Shown piece after piece: positions 10,005 through 19,261 of a DNA stretch of 64,000 bases (position 1 is its first letter; every line of letters starts with the position of its first letter). The stretch is from positions 224,001-288,000 of the forward strand of contig CBDDFZ010000002.1 of the NCBI GenBank assembly GCA_965227515.1, in the 5' to 3' direction. The notes under the pieces were generated by a model. The model did not search any database. It was not told the DNA's origin and saw only the letters and a list, made by a program, of their open reading frames with translations. The stretch comes from Alphaproteobacteria bacterium (GTDB lineage Bacteria; Pseudomonadota; Alphaproteobacteria; CALKHQ01). Position numbers and translations under genes: made by a program.

Positions 10005-10759
10005 TGGCTGCTTCGAAAGTCTTTGCCAGCATCGAGGCGCGCATGGGCGCCAGTCGCTTTCCGGGCAAGGTGGTGCAGCCGATTGCCGGCGTGCCCGCGC
10101 TCGCCCGGATGATCCGCCGGGTCCGGCAGGCGGCGTCGCTGGACGGCATCGTGGTCGCCACCACCGACAAGCCGGGCGACGACCCGGTTGCCGCGCTCGC
10201 CGAGGCGGAGGGCGTGGCGGTGTTTCGTGGCAGCGAGGACGACGTGCTCGACCGCGTGCTGCGCGCGCAGCAATCGATGGACGCCGGCTTGGATACCCAC
10301 GTGGTGGTCGAGCTCTGCGGCGACTGCCCGCTGATCGACCCGGCGGTGATCGACCGCGCGGTGGCGGCATTCCTGGAAGGCGATGCCGATATCGTCACCA
10401 CCACCAGCCCGCAATCCTACCCGCATGGTATGGACGTGGAGGTGTTCGCGCTCGCCGACCTGGCCGACATGGCCGCGCGCATCGACGACCGCGAGGTGCG
10501 CGAGCACGTCTCGCTGGAGTTCTATCGCCGACCGGAGCGCTACCGCCTGCGTAACCTGGAGGCGCCGGCCGACGCGCATGCGCCCGATGTGCGCCTGCTG
10601 CTCGACTATCCGGCCGACCTTGCCACCCTGGACGCGGTTTGCCGCGCGGTGGAAGCGGCGCACGGCGCGCGGTTCACCACCGCCGATGTGCTTGCGGTCT
10701 TGCGGGCCAACCCCAAGCTTGCGGACGCCTGCCGCGTCCATGCCGAGGCGGCGCAATGA
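10004..10759 (+). CDS. SpsF-like cytidylyltransferase 2
   Basis: IEARMGASRFPGKV, FRGSEDDVLDR, GDCPLIDP, YPHGMDVEVF, REHVS, LLDYPAD. Confidence 0.9.
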   Translation: MAASKVFASIEARMGASRFPGKVVQPIAGVPALARMIRRVRQAASLDGIVVATTDKPGDDPVAALAEAEGVAVFRGSEDDVLDRVLRAQQSMDAGLDTHVVVELCGDCPLIDPAVIDRAVAAFLEGDADIVTTTSPQSYPHGMDVEVFALADLADMAARIDDREVREHVSLEFYRRPERYRLRNLEAPADAHAPDVRLLLDYPADLATLDAVCRAVEAAHGARFTTADVLAVLRANPKLADACRVHAEAAQ

Positions 10760-11769
10760 GCTTGCGCACCGTCATCATCGGCTTCGGCCAGCAGGCCGAC
10801 ACCCTGGCCAACGATGCGCGGATGGCCCGCTATTTCCCGAAGGCGACCCACGCCGCCGTGCTGCACGACCACCCGGCGTTCGACTGGTGCGCCGTGGTCG
10901 ACCCCGATCCTGCAGCCCGCGCACGCGCCACCGAGCGCTGGGGCATCGCCGAGACAGTCGCCGACGTTGGCGAACTGGCCGATCCGGGCGCCTTCGACTG
11001 CGCCGTGATCGCAACCCCGCCGATGCACCGGCGCGGTCTGCTGGAGCGCCTGCCGGGCCTGAAGGCGGTGATGCTGGAGAAACCTGTCGCCGACACGTTG
11101 TCTGCCGCTGAGCAGCTCGGCACGGCCTGCCAGGCACGCGGCCTGAAGGTGCAGGTAAACTACTGGCGGCGCGGTGTGGTGGCGTTCCGGGCGCTCGCGG
11201 ATGGCGGCCTTGCCGAACGGGTCGGTGCCGTGCAGACGGTCTTCGGCGTCTACGGCGGCGGTCTGCGCACCAACGGCAGCCATCTGATCGACTTCGTGCG
11301 CATGCTGGCCGGCGAGATCGCCGGGGCCGCGCCGGCGCGCGACGCCCGTCCGGCCGCCGATGCGCCGGTGCCGGGAGACATCGCCGCCACGCTCGACCTG
11401 ACGCTGGCCGATGGTGCGCCGGTGCGGCTGGTACCGCTCGACTTCGGTCACTACCGCGAGGTCGGGCTCGATATCTGGGGCACGCGCGGGCGGCTCTCGA
11501 TCACCCAGGAGAGCCTGGTCGCGCAAGCTTTCCCGGTGGTGGACAACCGCGGCCTGGAGAACGCGCGCGAGGTGGCGTCGGACCGGCCGGTCTCGCTGAA
11601 CGTGGTGCCCGCAGACGCCTTCAAGACTCTCTATGACAATCTGGCCGACAGCATTGCCGTCGACACCGCGCTGGTGAGCCCGCTGTCGTCGGCGCTGGCG
11701 ACCGAGCGCCTGATCGACATGGCGGTTGGGGACCACGCGGCGGCAACACCGAAGGTGCGCCTGGCATGA
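10756..11769 (+). CDS. Gfo/Idh/MocA family oxidoreductase
   Basis: IIGFG, IATPP, LEKP, VNYWRR, NGSHLIDF. Confidence 0.88.
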   Translation: MSLRTVIIGFGQQADTLANDARMARYFPKATHAAVLHDHPAFDWCAVVDPDPAARARATERWGIAETVADVGELADPGAFDCAVIATPPMHRRGLLERLPGLKAVMLEKPVADTLSAAEQLGTACQARGLKVQVNYWRRGVVAFRALADGGLAERVGAVQTVFGVYGGGLRTNGSHLIDFVRMLAGEIAGAAPARDARPAADAPVPGDIAATLDLTLADGAPVRLVPLDFGHYREVGLDIWGTRGRLSITQESLVAQAFPVVDNRGLENAREVASDRPVSLNVVPADAFKTLYDNLADSIAVDTALVSPLSSALATERLIDMAVGDHAAATPKVRLA

Positions 11770-12824
11770 TCCGCTACGGCAAGACCAATGCCGAGTACAT
11801 GAAGCAGAAGGCGGTGTTCTACGACCTGGACGCCAATCGCGCCTGGGTTACCCGCGCCGCCGAGATCGCCGCGATCTACCGCGCCCAGCCACTGCGGCCG
11901 GGCTGCGTGGTCTGCGGCACGCCACTGGGTGCTCCCGCCTTCACCCTGCATGGCGCCGACTACAGCTTCTGCGGGTCGTGCGGCCACTTCAACGGCCACC
12001 ACCAGGACACGCCCGACTTCGCGCGCCAGCTCTATGCCACCGATATGAACGAGGGCGCGGAGGTCTACAGCGACGTCGACCGCGAGGCCTTCATGGGCCG
12101 TGTGCGCTCGATCTACGTGCCGAAGGCCGACTTCATGCGCGATGCGCTGCGGGAGCAGGGCGAGGACCCGTCGGCCCTGACCTACGCCGACCTCGGCGCC
12201 GGGGCCGGCCATTACGTGATGGCGATGCGCGAGCTCGGCTATGCCGCGACCACTGGCTACGAAGTCTCGCCGGCGATGGTGGCGCAGGGCAACGCCATGT
12301 TCGGCGAGACGGTGCTGCACGAGAACACCATCGACGAGCTGCCGGAGATCGCGCGCACGGTCGATGCCGACGTCATCACCATGATCTTCTCGCTGGAGCA
12401 CATCGAGGGACTGCGCACTTTCGTGCAGGCGGTGGTCGACAACCCGCGCGTGCGCTTCTTCTATTTCGCGGTCCCGACGGTCAGCCCCAGCATCGCTTTC
12501 GAGGCGCTGTTTCCCCAGGTGATGCCGCGCATTCTGGGCTTCGGCCACACCCATCTGTTCTCCGACGCGTCCATCGACGTGCTGTGCCGCGATTTCGGCC
12601 TGACGCGGACGGCGGAGTGGTGGTTCGGCAGCAACGCGTTCGACCTGCACCGCTATGTGGCGACCCAGCTTGCCGACGACCCGGCGCTGGCACCGATGGC
12701 CGAGCATTGGGGCGAGATGCTGCTGCCGATGATCGACGACCTGCAGCTTGTGTTCGACCGGCACAAGATGGCGTCCGAGGTCCACATGTTCACCCGGGTA
12801 GATCGACAGGGAGTGCAGCGATAG
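11766..12824 (+). CDS. Class I SAM-dependent methyltransferase with Zn-ribbon
   Basis: CVVC...CGSCGH, DLGAGAG, SLEH, HTHLFS. Confidence 0.85.
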   Translation: MIRYGKTNAEYMKQKAVFYDLDANRAWVTRAAEIAAIYRAQPLRPGCVVCGTPLGAPAFTLHGADYSFCGSCGHFNGHHQDTPDFARQLYATDMNEGAEVYSDVDREAFMGRVRSIYVPKADFMRDALREQGEDPSALTYADLGAGAGHYVMAMRELGYAATTGYEVSPAMVAQGNAMFGETVLHENTIDELPEIARTVDADVITMIFSLEHIEGLRTFVQAVVDNPRVRFFYFAVPTVSPSIAFEALFPQVMPRILGFGHTHLFSDASIDVLCRDFGLTRTAEWWFGSNAFDLHRYVATQLADDPALAPMAEHWGEMLLPMIDDLQLVFDRHKMASEVHMFTRVDRQGVQR

Positions 12825-12829
12825 CCGGT

Positions 12830-13999
12830 ATGGCGAAAGTGGCGATCTACGTGGAAGATCCCGGTGCGGCCAATTTCGTGGCCGGGCTGGTGCCGGCGCT
12901 TGCCGCCCAGGGGACGCCGCCGCAATTGTTCGCCGATGGTGCCGGTGCGGGCCAGCTCGCAGCGCTCGGCCTGACGCCCGCGCCGGGCGAGGGTGCAGCG
13001 GCGGCGCTGGCCGATGCGGACGCGTTGCTGGTTGGCGTGTGCGAGAACCGGCGCACCATCGGGCATGAGCTGGTGGACCAGGCGAGACGCGACGGTATCG
13101 TCGTGTTCGGCGCCATCGACGGGCCCTCGCCGACGGCCGCGCGCATGTTCAGCGGCGAGGGCGACAACCCGCTGGCCCATGCGCCGGACTGGCTGCTGGT
13201 GCCCGATGCGATCACCCGGCGGGACTTCGTGGCCATCGGGTTCGGGAACGAGCGGATCGTCGAGGTTGGCCATCCGCACTACGACCGCGTGCTGCGCAAG
13301 CGCGACGCGTTGGAGCGCCAGGGGCGCGCGGCGCTGCGGCGGCGCTGTTTCCCCGACCTCGCGCATGACCGCCCGATCCTGGTGTTCCTGGCCGAGTTGT
13401 CGGACGGCCTGGACCCGGCGGCGTTCCACCGCAGCCCCGACTACACGCTGGCAGGCTGGGGCGACGACGACCGGCGCACCCATGTGGTACTGCAGGAAGT
13501 GCTCGATGCCCTCGACGGAGTTGCTGCGCGACCGCAGCTCGTCCTGCGCCTGCATCCGAAGAACGAGGCGGCCGAGTTCACGCGCTATGCCGAGCGCATC
13601 GACCGGGTGAGTGCCGACGAACCGGCGATGGAGGTGGTGTTCGCCGCCGACATGGTCGTCGGCCTGTCGACCATGCTGCTGGCGGAGGCGGCGCTGCTGG
13701 GCCGACCGGTGCTATCGGTCCTGCCGCGCGCCATCGAGCGCGAATGGCTTCCAGCGGTGGTCGGCCCCCAGCTGCCGTGGGCGTGCGACCGCGCAGGCGT
13801 GCGGGCTGCCATGGCGCGGCTGGTCGCGGGACAGGGCGGACGCCTGGACATCGACATCAGCGGACTGGCTGGCGTCGGGGAGCGAGCCGCGCGCGCCATT
13901 CTCGATATCGTCGAACGGCGGGCACAGGCTTCGCGCGACGGGATCGGCCGAGCCGTGGGCGGCCTGGGACGTGCTGGAGTGCGACAACAGGCGTGGTGA
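12830..13999 (+). CDS. Hypothetical GT-B-like (TagF/sialyltransferase-like) transferase
   Basis: DPGAAN N-terminus, VGHP, LRLHPKN (HP motif), ADMVVGLSTMLLAEAALLGRPV C-terminal GT-B signature. Confidence 0.7.
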   Translation: MAKVAIYVEDPGAANFVAGLVPALAAQGTPPQLFADGAGAGQLAALGLTPAPGEGAAAALADADALLVGVCENRRTIGHELVDQARRDGIVVFGAIDGPSPTAARMFSGEGDNPLAHAPDWLLVPDAITRRDFVAIGFGNERIVEVGHPHYDRVLRKRDALERQGRAALRRRCFPDLAHDRPILVFLAELSDGLDPAAFHRSPDYTLAGWGDDDRRTHVVLQEVLDALDGVAARPQLVLRLHPKNEAAEFTRYAERIDRVSADEPAMEVVFAADMVVGLSTMLLAEAALLGRPVLSVLPRAIEREWLPAVVGPQLPWACDRAGVRAAMARLVAGQGGRLDIDISGLAGVGERAARAILDIVERRAQASRDGIGRAVGGLGRAGVRQQAW

Positions 14000-14997
14000 G
14001 CCCGGCGACAGACACCCCGAAGCGCCCGGCGCGTTCGGCCGCTGCCAACCGGGATGCCTATCTGTGCTTTTGCGAAGAGGTCACAGCGGAGGCTTTCCGC
14101 GACCATATCCGGGCCCACCAGGACCAGCCGTTCGAGGACGCCTGCGCTGCCCTGGGCGTGGCCAGCAAGTGCACCGCCTGTTTGCTGAATGCTGAGAACG
14201 AGTTCGTGGAGGCGGCGCGGGGCAGCGCCAAGCCCGGCGAAACCGGCAAGCACCGGGCGCCACAGACCGGTCACGACCGGCCGACCGGCCGGCACCGCAT
14301 CTATGCGCTGCTGGATGCCGTTTCGCCATCGCTGGCGCGCCGCATCCCCGGGATCATTCCCATCATCGCCGGGCCGGGCATCAAGACGACACTGGCATTT
14401 TCCAACGTGGCGCCGCCGCTGATCGGGGAACGCGCGCCGGCCTTCGACATATCGATCGAGACCCACGACAGCGAGGGTCGGCTGGTCGACCGGGTGCGCG
14501 ACCGCGTGGAACGCAACAGCAGGCGGGAGTTCGAAGTCTCGAAGGGCATCTCGGGCGGTGCGGTGGATGGCATCTCCACCGGCGCTTGCTTCCTGACCTA
14601 TCGGGCCCATGGCGGCAGCGGCTACCTTGGCTGCATCCGGCCGCACTTCAAGGTCGAGTCCGCGATTTCGGTGTCATCGGTTCATTCGGCGGCGGGCGGC
14701 GCGCGCCACGCCTATATCGAGGCGCGTCCGGCCAATCCGGCGGAGCGCCAGTACGTGTCGGTGGTCAATGCCGCGACCCGTCCCGCCTCGGTCAAGGTGA
14801 CGACCCTGGTGGATGGCGCACCGGTCGGTACAGGGACATGGGCGGTGCCGGCGCGCGGCGCCCGGCTGTGCGCGGTCCCAGCCGGCGCACCGCTGGACGC
14901 GGTGGTCGGCGTGGCGGCCGAGGCGGATAGGCCCGTTCGATGGCATTTCATGGTGGCCGAAGGCACGCCGCCGCGACTGTCGCTGGATCACATCTAG
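13996..14997 (+). CDS. BFD-like [2Fe-2S] domain protein with uncharacterised C-terminal beta-rich region
   Basis: C-x-C-x32-C-x2-C (YLCFC...ASKCTAC); GTG start in GTGA overlap with the upstream stop. Confidence 0.75.
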   Translation: MSPATDTPKRPARSAAANRDAYLCFCEEVTAEAFRDHIRAHQDQPFEDACAALGVASKCTACLLNAENEFVEAARGSAKPGETGKHRAPQTGHDRPTGRHRIYALLDAVSPSLARRIPGIIPIIAGPGIKTTLAFSNVAPPLIGERAPAFDISIETHDSEGRLVDRVRDRVERNSRREFEVSKGISGGAVDGISTGACFLTYRAHGGSGYLGCIRPHFKVESAISVSSVHSAAGGARHAYIEARPANPAERQYVSVVNAATRPASVKVTTLVDGAPVGTGTWAVPARGARLCAVPAGAPLDAVVGVAAEADRPVRWHFMVAEGTPPRLSLDHI

Positions 14998-15009
14998 GAC
15001 GCCCGGTCC

Positions 15010-15864
15010 GTGGCCCTTTATAAGTACTTGTTGCCGCTGATCTCCGTGGCGCCGCCGCCCGGCTATCGGCTGGTGCAAACCATCGGCGCGGGTCAGTTGC
15101 ACGACATCCTGGATCGGCCGAAAGCCGACGTCGTCGTTTGCCAGAGCCTGGTGTCCGGCGGCGTCGAGACCCAGCAGTTCCGGCATGAGCTGGCAATAGA
15201 CCAGGACCATCGCACTTTGCCGCCGGTGCGCATCAGCCTGGACGCCCAGGACGACGACGCCTGGGCAACGGGAGAGGCGCTGCCCTACGTCGAAACCCAC
15301 GCCGAGGTCCTAGGCGACGCCAATTTCGTCAGCCACTTCCCGCCGGACTTCTACACCATCTACAGCGGGCCCGAACGCAAGTCGTTCTTCAGCGACAACG
15401 CGCTGAAATACGGCAACACGGTCACGATCTATCAGATCCAGGCCTTCGGCGCCTGGGTGGAGGGCTATCCCACCTCGATGGTCGATCCGGCGCGCGATAT
15501 CGACGAATCGCTGGTTCTGTTCAATCCGTTCACGCGACCGGCGGTGGTTGACGTGACCCTGGAAGGCATTCCCGACAAGCGGCGGTTCCGCATCGATGCG
15601 ACATCGGGCCGGCGCATCAGCCTGGCCCACGCCTTCGACCTCGGCGAAACGGGCTGGGCGGGGCAGGTCTATGTCTCGGGCCGCAACCGGGTGGTGATGT
15701 ATGTCGCCAAGCACTCGCTCGCCGATCCATCGAAGGTGACGACAATCGAACATTCCAACCCCTATCGCGGCGAGCCCACCCATGAGCCCGCGACCCAGGT
15801 GCTGCGTCGGCGCGTGGGGACGGCATTGATGAGGTTGCGCGCGCGCGTGAGCGGAGAAGCATGA
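15010..15864 (+). CDS. Hypothetical protein, C-terminal half resembles the upstream gene's beta-rich repeat
   Basis: Long ORF with genome-typical codon usage, coupled to the downstream gene (ATGA); 'LFNPFTRPAVVDV...TTIEH'. Confidence 0.75.
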   Translation: MALYKYLLPLISVAPPPGYRLVQTIGAGQLHDILDRPKADVVVCQSLVSGGVETQQFRHELAIDQDHRTLPPVRISLDAQDDDAWATGEALPYVETHAEVLGDANFVSHFPPDFYTIYSGPERKSFFSDNALKYGNTVTIYQIQAFGAWVEGYPTSMVDPARDIDESLVLFNPFTRPAVVDVTLEGIPDKRRFRIDATSGRRISLAHAFDLGETGWAGQVYVSGRNRVVMYVAKHSLADPSKVTTIEHSNPYRGEPTHEPATQVLRRRVGTALMRLRARVSGEA

Positions 15865-16685
15865 TGATGAAGGTTTGGCATTTCTTCGCAGGCTTGGCGC
15901 GCGCGCTGCTGCCGATGTCGTTCATCAAGTGGCTGCGCGGCGACTACAAGTCGGTGCACGGCCGGCTGCACAACAAGTGGGAAGGCTTCAAGCTGTGGCT
16001 GTACCGGCTGAAGGGTGGCAGCTACATCGATTGGTATGCCAAACGCATGGATGGCTTCGCGGCCGAGGCCGCGGTCGATCCCGCGATCAAGCGCACCTAT
16101 CACGACAGCGGATCACAGGACCTGGAAACGCTGAGGCAGCTGGGCCTGGAGCCATCTCACCGGCTGCACGAGTTCGGCTGCGGGTTCCTGCGCAGCGCCC
16201 ACTACTTCGTGAGCTACCTGGAGCCGGGCAAGTTTTCCGGCAACGACGCCAGCGGCGAGCGGATCAAGAACGGGCTCGACTACGTCAAGAAGACCTATGG
16301 CTTCGACATGAAGTCGAAGGCGCCGAACCTGATCGCCAACAAGGACAACAGCTGGGACTGGCTGCCGGACAAGCCTGACATGATCTGGTGCTACGCCGTG
16401 TTCACCCACATGCCCGAAGACGACATCGAGGACGTGGTGCGAAACCTGCACAAGGTCCTGAAGCCGACCACCGGGTTCTATTTCACCTATTCCGAGAAGA
16501 CGGACCAGCGGCGGCCGGTGGAGCGCATGGGCGCGCAGGACTGGTGGCACAAGCAGTCCTACTTCGACGAACTCGCCGCGCGCCACGGCCTGAAGATCGA
16601 GCACGACATTCCCCATCTGGACGCGCAGCGGCAAGGGCAGGCCGATCACTACGTGACGCGGTTCTCGCGACTCTCCTTGGCGTGA
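15861..16685 (+). CDS. Class I SAM-dependent methyltransferase
   Basis: LHEFGCGFLR motif I, DMIWCYAVFTHMP, VLKP. Confidence 0.85.
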   Translation: MMMKVWHFFAGLARALLPMSFIKWLRGDYKSVHGRLHNKWEGFKLWLYRLKGGSYIDWYAKRMDGFAAEAAVDPAIKRTYHDSGSQDLETLRQLGLEPSHRLHEFGCGFLRSAHYFVSYLEPGKFSGNDASGERIKNGLDYVKKTYGFDMKSKAPNLIANKDNSWDWLPDKPDMIWCYAVFTHMPEDDIEDVVRNLHKVLKPTTGFYFTYSEKTDQRRPVERMGAQDWWHKQSYFDELAARHGLKIEHDIPHLDAQRQGQADHYVTRFSRLSLA

Positions 16686-16716
16686 ATTGTACGCAAGATA
16701 GCAACGGCTGGACGTC

Positions 16717-18606
16717 GTGAGCCAAAGACAAGTCATCCCGCCCGGCACCGAGCTGGAGAGCCGCAAAGGCTTGGCGGTCTATCGGACCAGCCTGCGCGTG
16801 GCTGGCATGAAGCCACGCTACGTGCTGACACTGCTGGCCTTCCAGTTTGCCAGTACGGTGTTTGAAAGCTTTGGGCTGTCGATGTTGTTGCCGGTCTTTC
16901 AGCTCATGGAAAGCGGGCAAGAAGCCTCTGTTCTGGCGGAGGACTCACGGTTCTGGCAGATCTTGATCGAATCCTATGCGTTTCTGGGCCTGGAGCCATC
17001 GATATTGACTTTGTTGGCGACAAGTTTCGTCGCCATCCTGGCCCGACAGGCATTTGTCTATGTGCGGCTGATTTACTTCGCGCGGTTACGCTTCGTGTTG
17101 ATCCAGCGATTGCGGGAGCGGGCGTTCCAGGCGTTCGTTTGGGCGCGGCTTGGCTACATCGAAAAGCAGGGCCTGGGCACCATTGTCAACGACTTGACCG
17201 TCGAGATGCAGGTGGCGGTGGAGTGCGCGATGGCCATCGTGCGCATGGCGGGCAATGTGGTGGTGTGTCTCGTCTACGTTGCGCTGCTGATGATGCTGTC
17301 GGTGCCCATTACGTTGGCGGCCTTGGCTGTTATGGCATTGGCGGCCGTTCCGGTCGCGTTGTTGCTGCGCGAGGGTCGCCAGGTCGGCAAGCAACTGGTG
17401 CAAGCCAATGCTGAGCTGCTGGGCTTCCTGTCCGAGCGCCTGAGGGCCATTCGCCTGATCCGATTGAGCGGCACCGGCGAGCCGGAAATGGCGAATATGC
17501 GCCGGCGAACGGGCCGCCAGTTCGATCGCTACATGCGTGGCTTCGTTCTGCAATCGCGCACCACCTTGTTGCTGGAGCCAATCGTTGCCGCGGCGGCGTT
17601 CGTGTTCTTGTACCTCGGGTCGTCGACGTTCGATCTGGACCTCGGTTCGATGGGCCTGTTTCTGCTGGTTCTCTTGCGGCTCGCCCCGATGGTGAAGGAA
17701 ATTCTGTCGCAACGGTTCTCGATCGCCAACTCCCTCGGCAGTGTCGAGCAGGTGGAACGCCGCATGGCCGGTCTGCGCGATGCCGCGGAGCCGGTTAACG
17801 ACGCAAAGCCGTTTCCGGGTTTCAGCCGGCAAGTGGAATTGCGCGATGTGGTGTTCGAGTATCCGGAGCAAGACACGGCGGCTCTGAAAGGCATCTCGGT
17901 TTCTATCCCGGCGGGCAGCATCACGGCACTCGTGGGCCCATCCGGCAGTGGCAAGTCGACACTGATCGATCTGCTGCCGCGCCTTCGAGAGCCGTCGGCC
18001 GGAGAGTTGTTGTACGACGGCGTGCCGGCAACGGCGTTCGACCTGACCAGCCTGCGACACGCGATATCCTATGCGCCGCAGGCACCGCAGATTTTCGATG
18101 TCACGGCGGCGGAGCACATCGGGTACGGCAGCACGGAGCCGGATCTCGAGTCGATCCAGAAGGCAGCGCAGCTTGCCGGGGCGCATGACTTCATCTGTGC
18201 ATTGCCGCGCGGCTACGACACCCTGCTGGGAGAGAACGGCGCCCGCCTGTCCGGCGGCCAGAAACAGCGACTGGATCTTGCGCGCGCGTTGCTGGCCCAC
18301 TCCAATCTGCTGATCCTGGACGAACCGACCAGTCAGTTGGATGCCGATTCCGAGTTCGCTTTTCGCGGCGCATTGGAGCGTATCCGCCTGGAAACGGACA
18401 TGACCATCGTTGTCGTGGCGCACCGGCTTTCGACGGTGACCATCGCCAACAAGATCGTGGTTCTGCGCGACGGCCAGGTCGAAGGTGTGGGAACCCATGC
18501 GGAACTGATCGCGGCTGGCGGATGGTATGCCGAGGCGTTTCGTCGGCAGCAGGGCGAGGCCGCGACGGGCAGCGACATCGTGGCGTCAATCAGCGTGCGT
18601 GCCTGA
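16717..18606 (+). CDS. ABC exporter, fused permease/ATPase (PglK/HepA/MsbA-like glycan flippase)
   Basis: Multiple TM segments, then GPSGSGKST, LSGGQKQR, LILDEPTS, VAHRLST. Confidence 0.93.
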   Translation: MSQRQVIPPGTELESRKGLAVYRTSLRVAGMKPRYVLTLLAFQFASTVFESFGLSMLLPVFQLMESGQEASVLAEDSRFWQILIESYAFLGLEPSILTLLATSFVAILARQAFVYVRLIYFARLRFVLIQRLRERAFQAFVWARLGYIEKQGLGTIVNDLTVEMQVAVECAMAIVRMAGNVVVCLVYVALLMMLSVPITLAALAVMALAAVPVALLLREGRQVGKQLVQANAELLGFLSERLRAIRLIRLSGTGEPEMANMRRRTGRQFDRYMRGFVLQSRTTLLLEPIVAAAAFVFLYLGSSTFDLDLGSMGLFLLVLLRLAPMVKEILSQRFSIANSLGSVEQVERRMAGLRDAAEPVNDAKPFPGFSRQVELRDVVFEYPEQDTAALKGISVSIPAGSITALVGPSGSGKSTLIDLLPRLREPSAGELLYDGVPATAFDLTSLRHAISYAPQAPQIFDVTAAEHIGYGSTEPDLESIQKAAQLAGAHDFICALPRGYDTLLGENGARLSGGQKQRLDLARALLAHSNLLILDEPTSQLDADSEFAFRGALERIRLETDMTIVVVAHRLSTVTIANKIVVLRDGQVEGVGTHAELIAAGGWYAEAFRRQQGEAATGSDIVASISVRA

Positions 18607-19142
18607 TGGACGCGTTGGCAGCGTCGACATGGCCGCTTGAGACGGAGCGGATTCGGCTCTTGCCGTTTCAGGCTCACCACCTGACCGAGCGGTATGTCGG
18701 CTGGCTGAACGATCCTGTTGTCGTGCGTTACAGCGAGCAGCGCCATCGCCGTCACACATTGGAGAGCTGTGCGGAATATTTCCAAAGTTTCAGTAGCGGC
18801 CCGAGCCTGTTTCTCGCTATCGAGACCAAGTCGCCGCTGGATCATATCGGTAACATCACCGTCGATATCGATCCTCCAAATGCGCTCGCCGACATCTCGA
18901 TCATGATCGGTCACCGGGATGTGTGGGGGCGTGGCTACGGGCTGGAGGCGTGGCGCGGCGTCATGCATTGGCTGTTGGCACGCACCGATATCCGCAAAGT
19001 CACGGGCGGTGCGGTTGCGGCAAACCGAGCCATGATCAAGATCATGCAGCAGAGCGGTATGACCGAAGACGGCGTGCGGCGGGCGCACTTTGTCATCGGG
19101 GGCGTAGCCAACGACGTCATGCATTTTGCAGTAATCAAATAA
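18606..19142 (+). CDS. GNAT N-acetyltransferase (RimJ/RimL-type)
   Basis: YVGWLNDP, HIGNI, WGRGYG, N.AM motifs; ATG overlaps the upstream TGA. Confidence 0.88.
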   Translation: MDALAASTWPLETERIRLLPFQAHHLTERYVGWLNDPVVVRYSEQRHRRHTLESCAEYFQSFSSGPSLFLAIETKSPLDHIGNITVDIDPPNALADISIMIGHRDVWGRGYGLEAWRGVMHWLLARTDIRKVTGGAVAANRAMIKIMQQSGMTEDGVRRAHFVIGGVANDVMHFAVIK

Positions 19143-19261
19143 CGCAAGAGGTATATGGTGGTATTGAATTTTGTTCGGCACACCCTCGATACAGGAGGGG
19201 TTGTGTCTGTATTGGTCAATCCGGGGGCTGTTTCCAATGATATATGTTGTTGGGGTAGATA

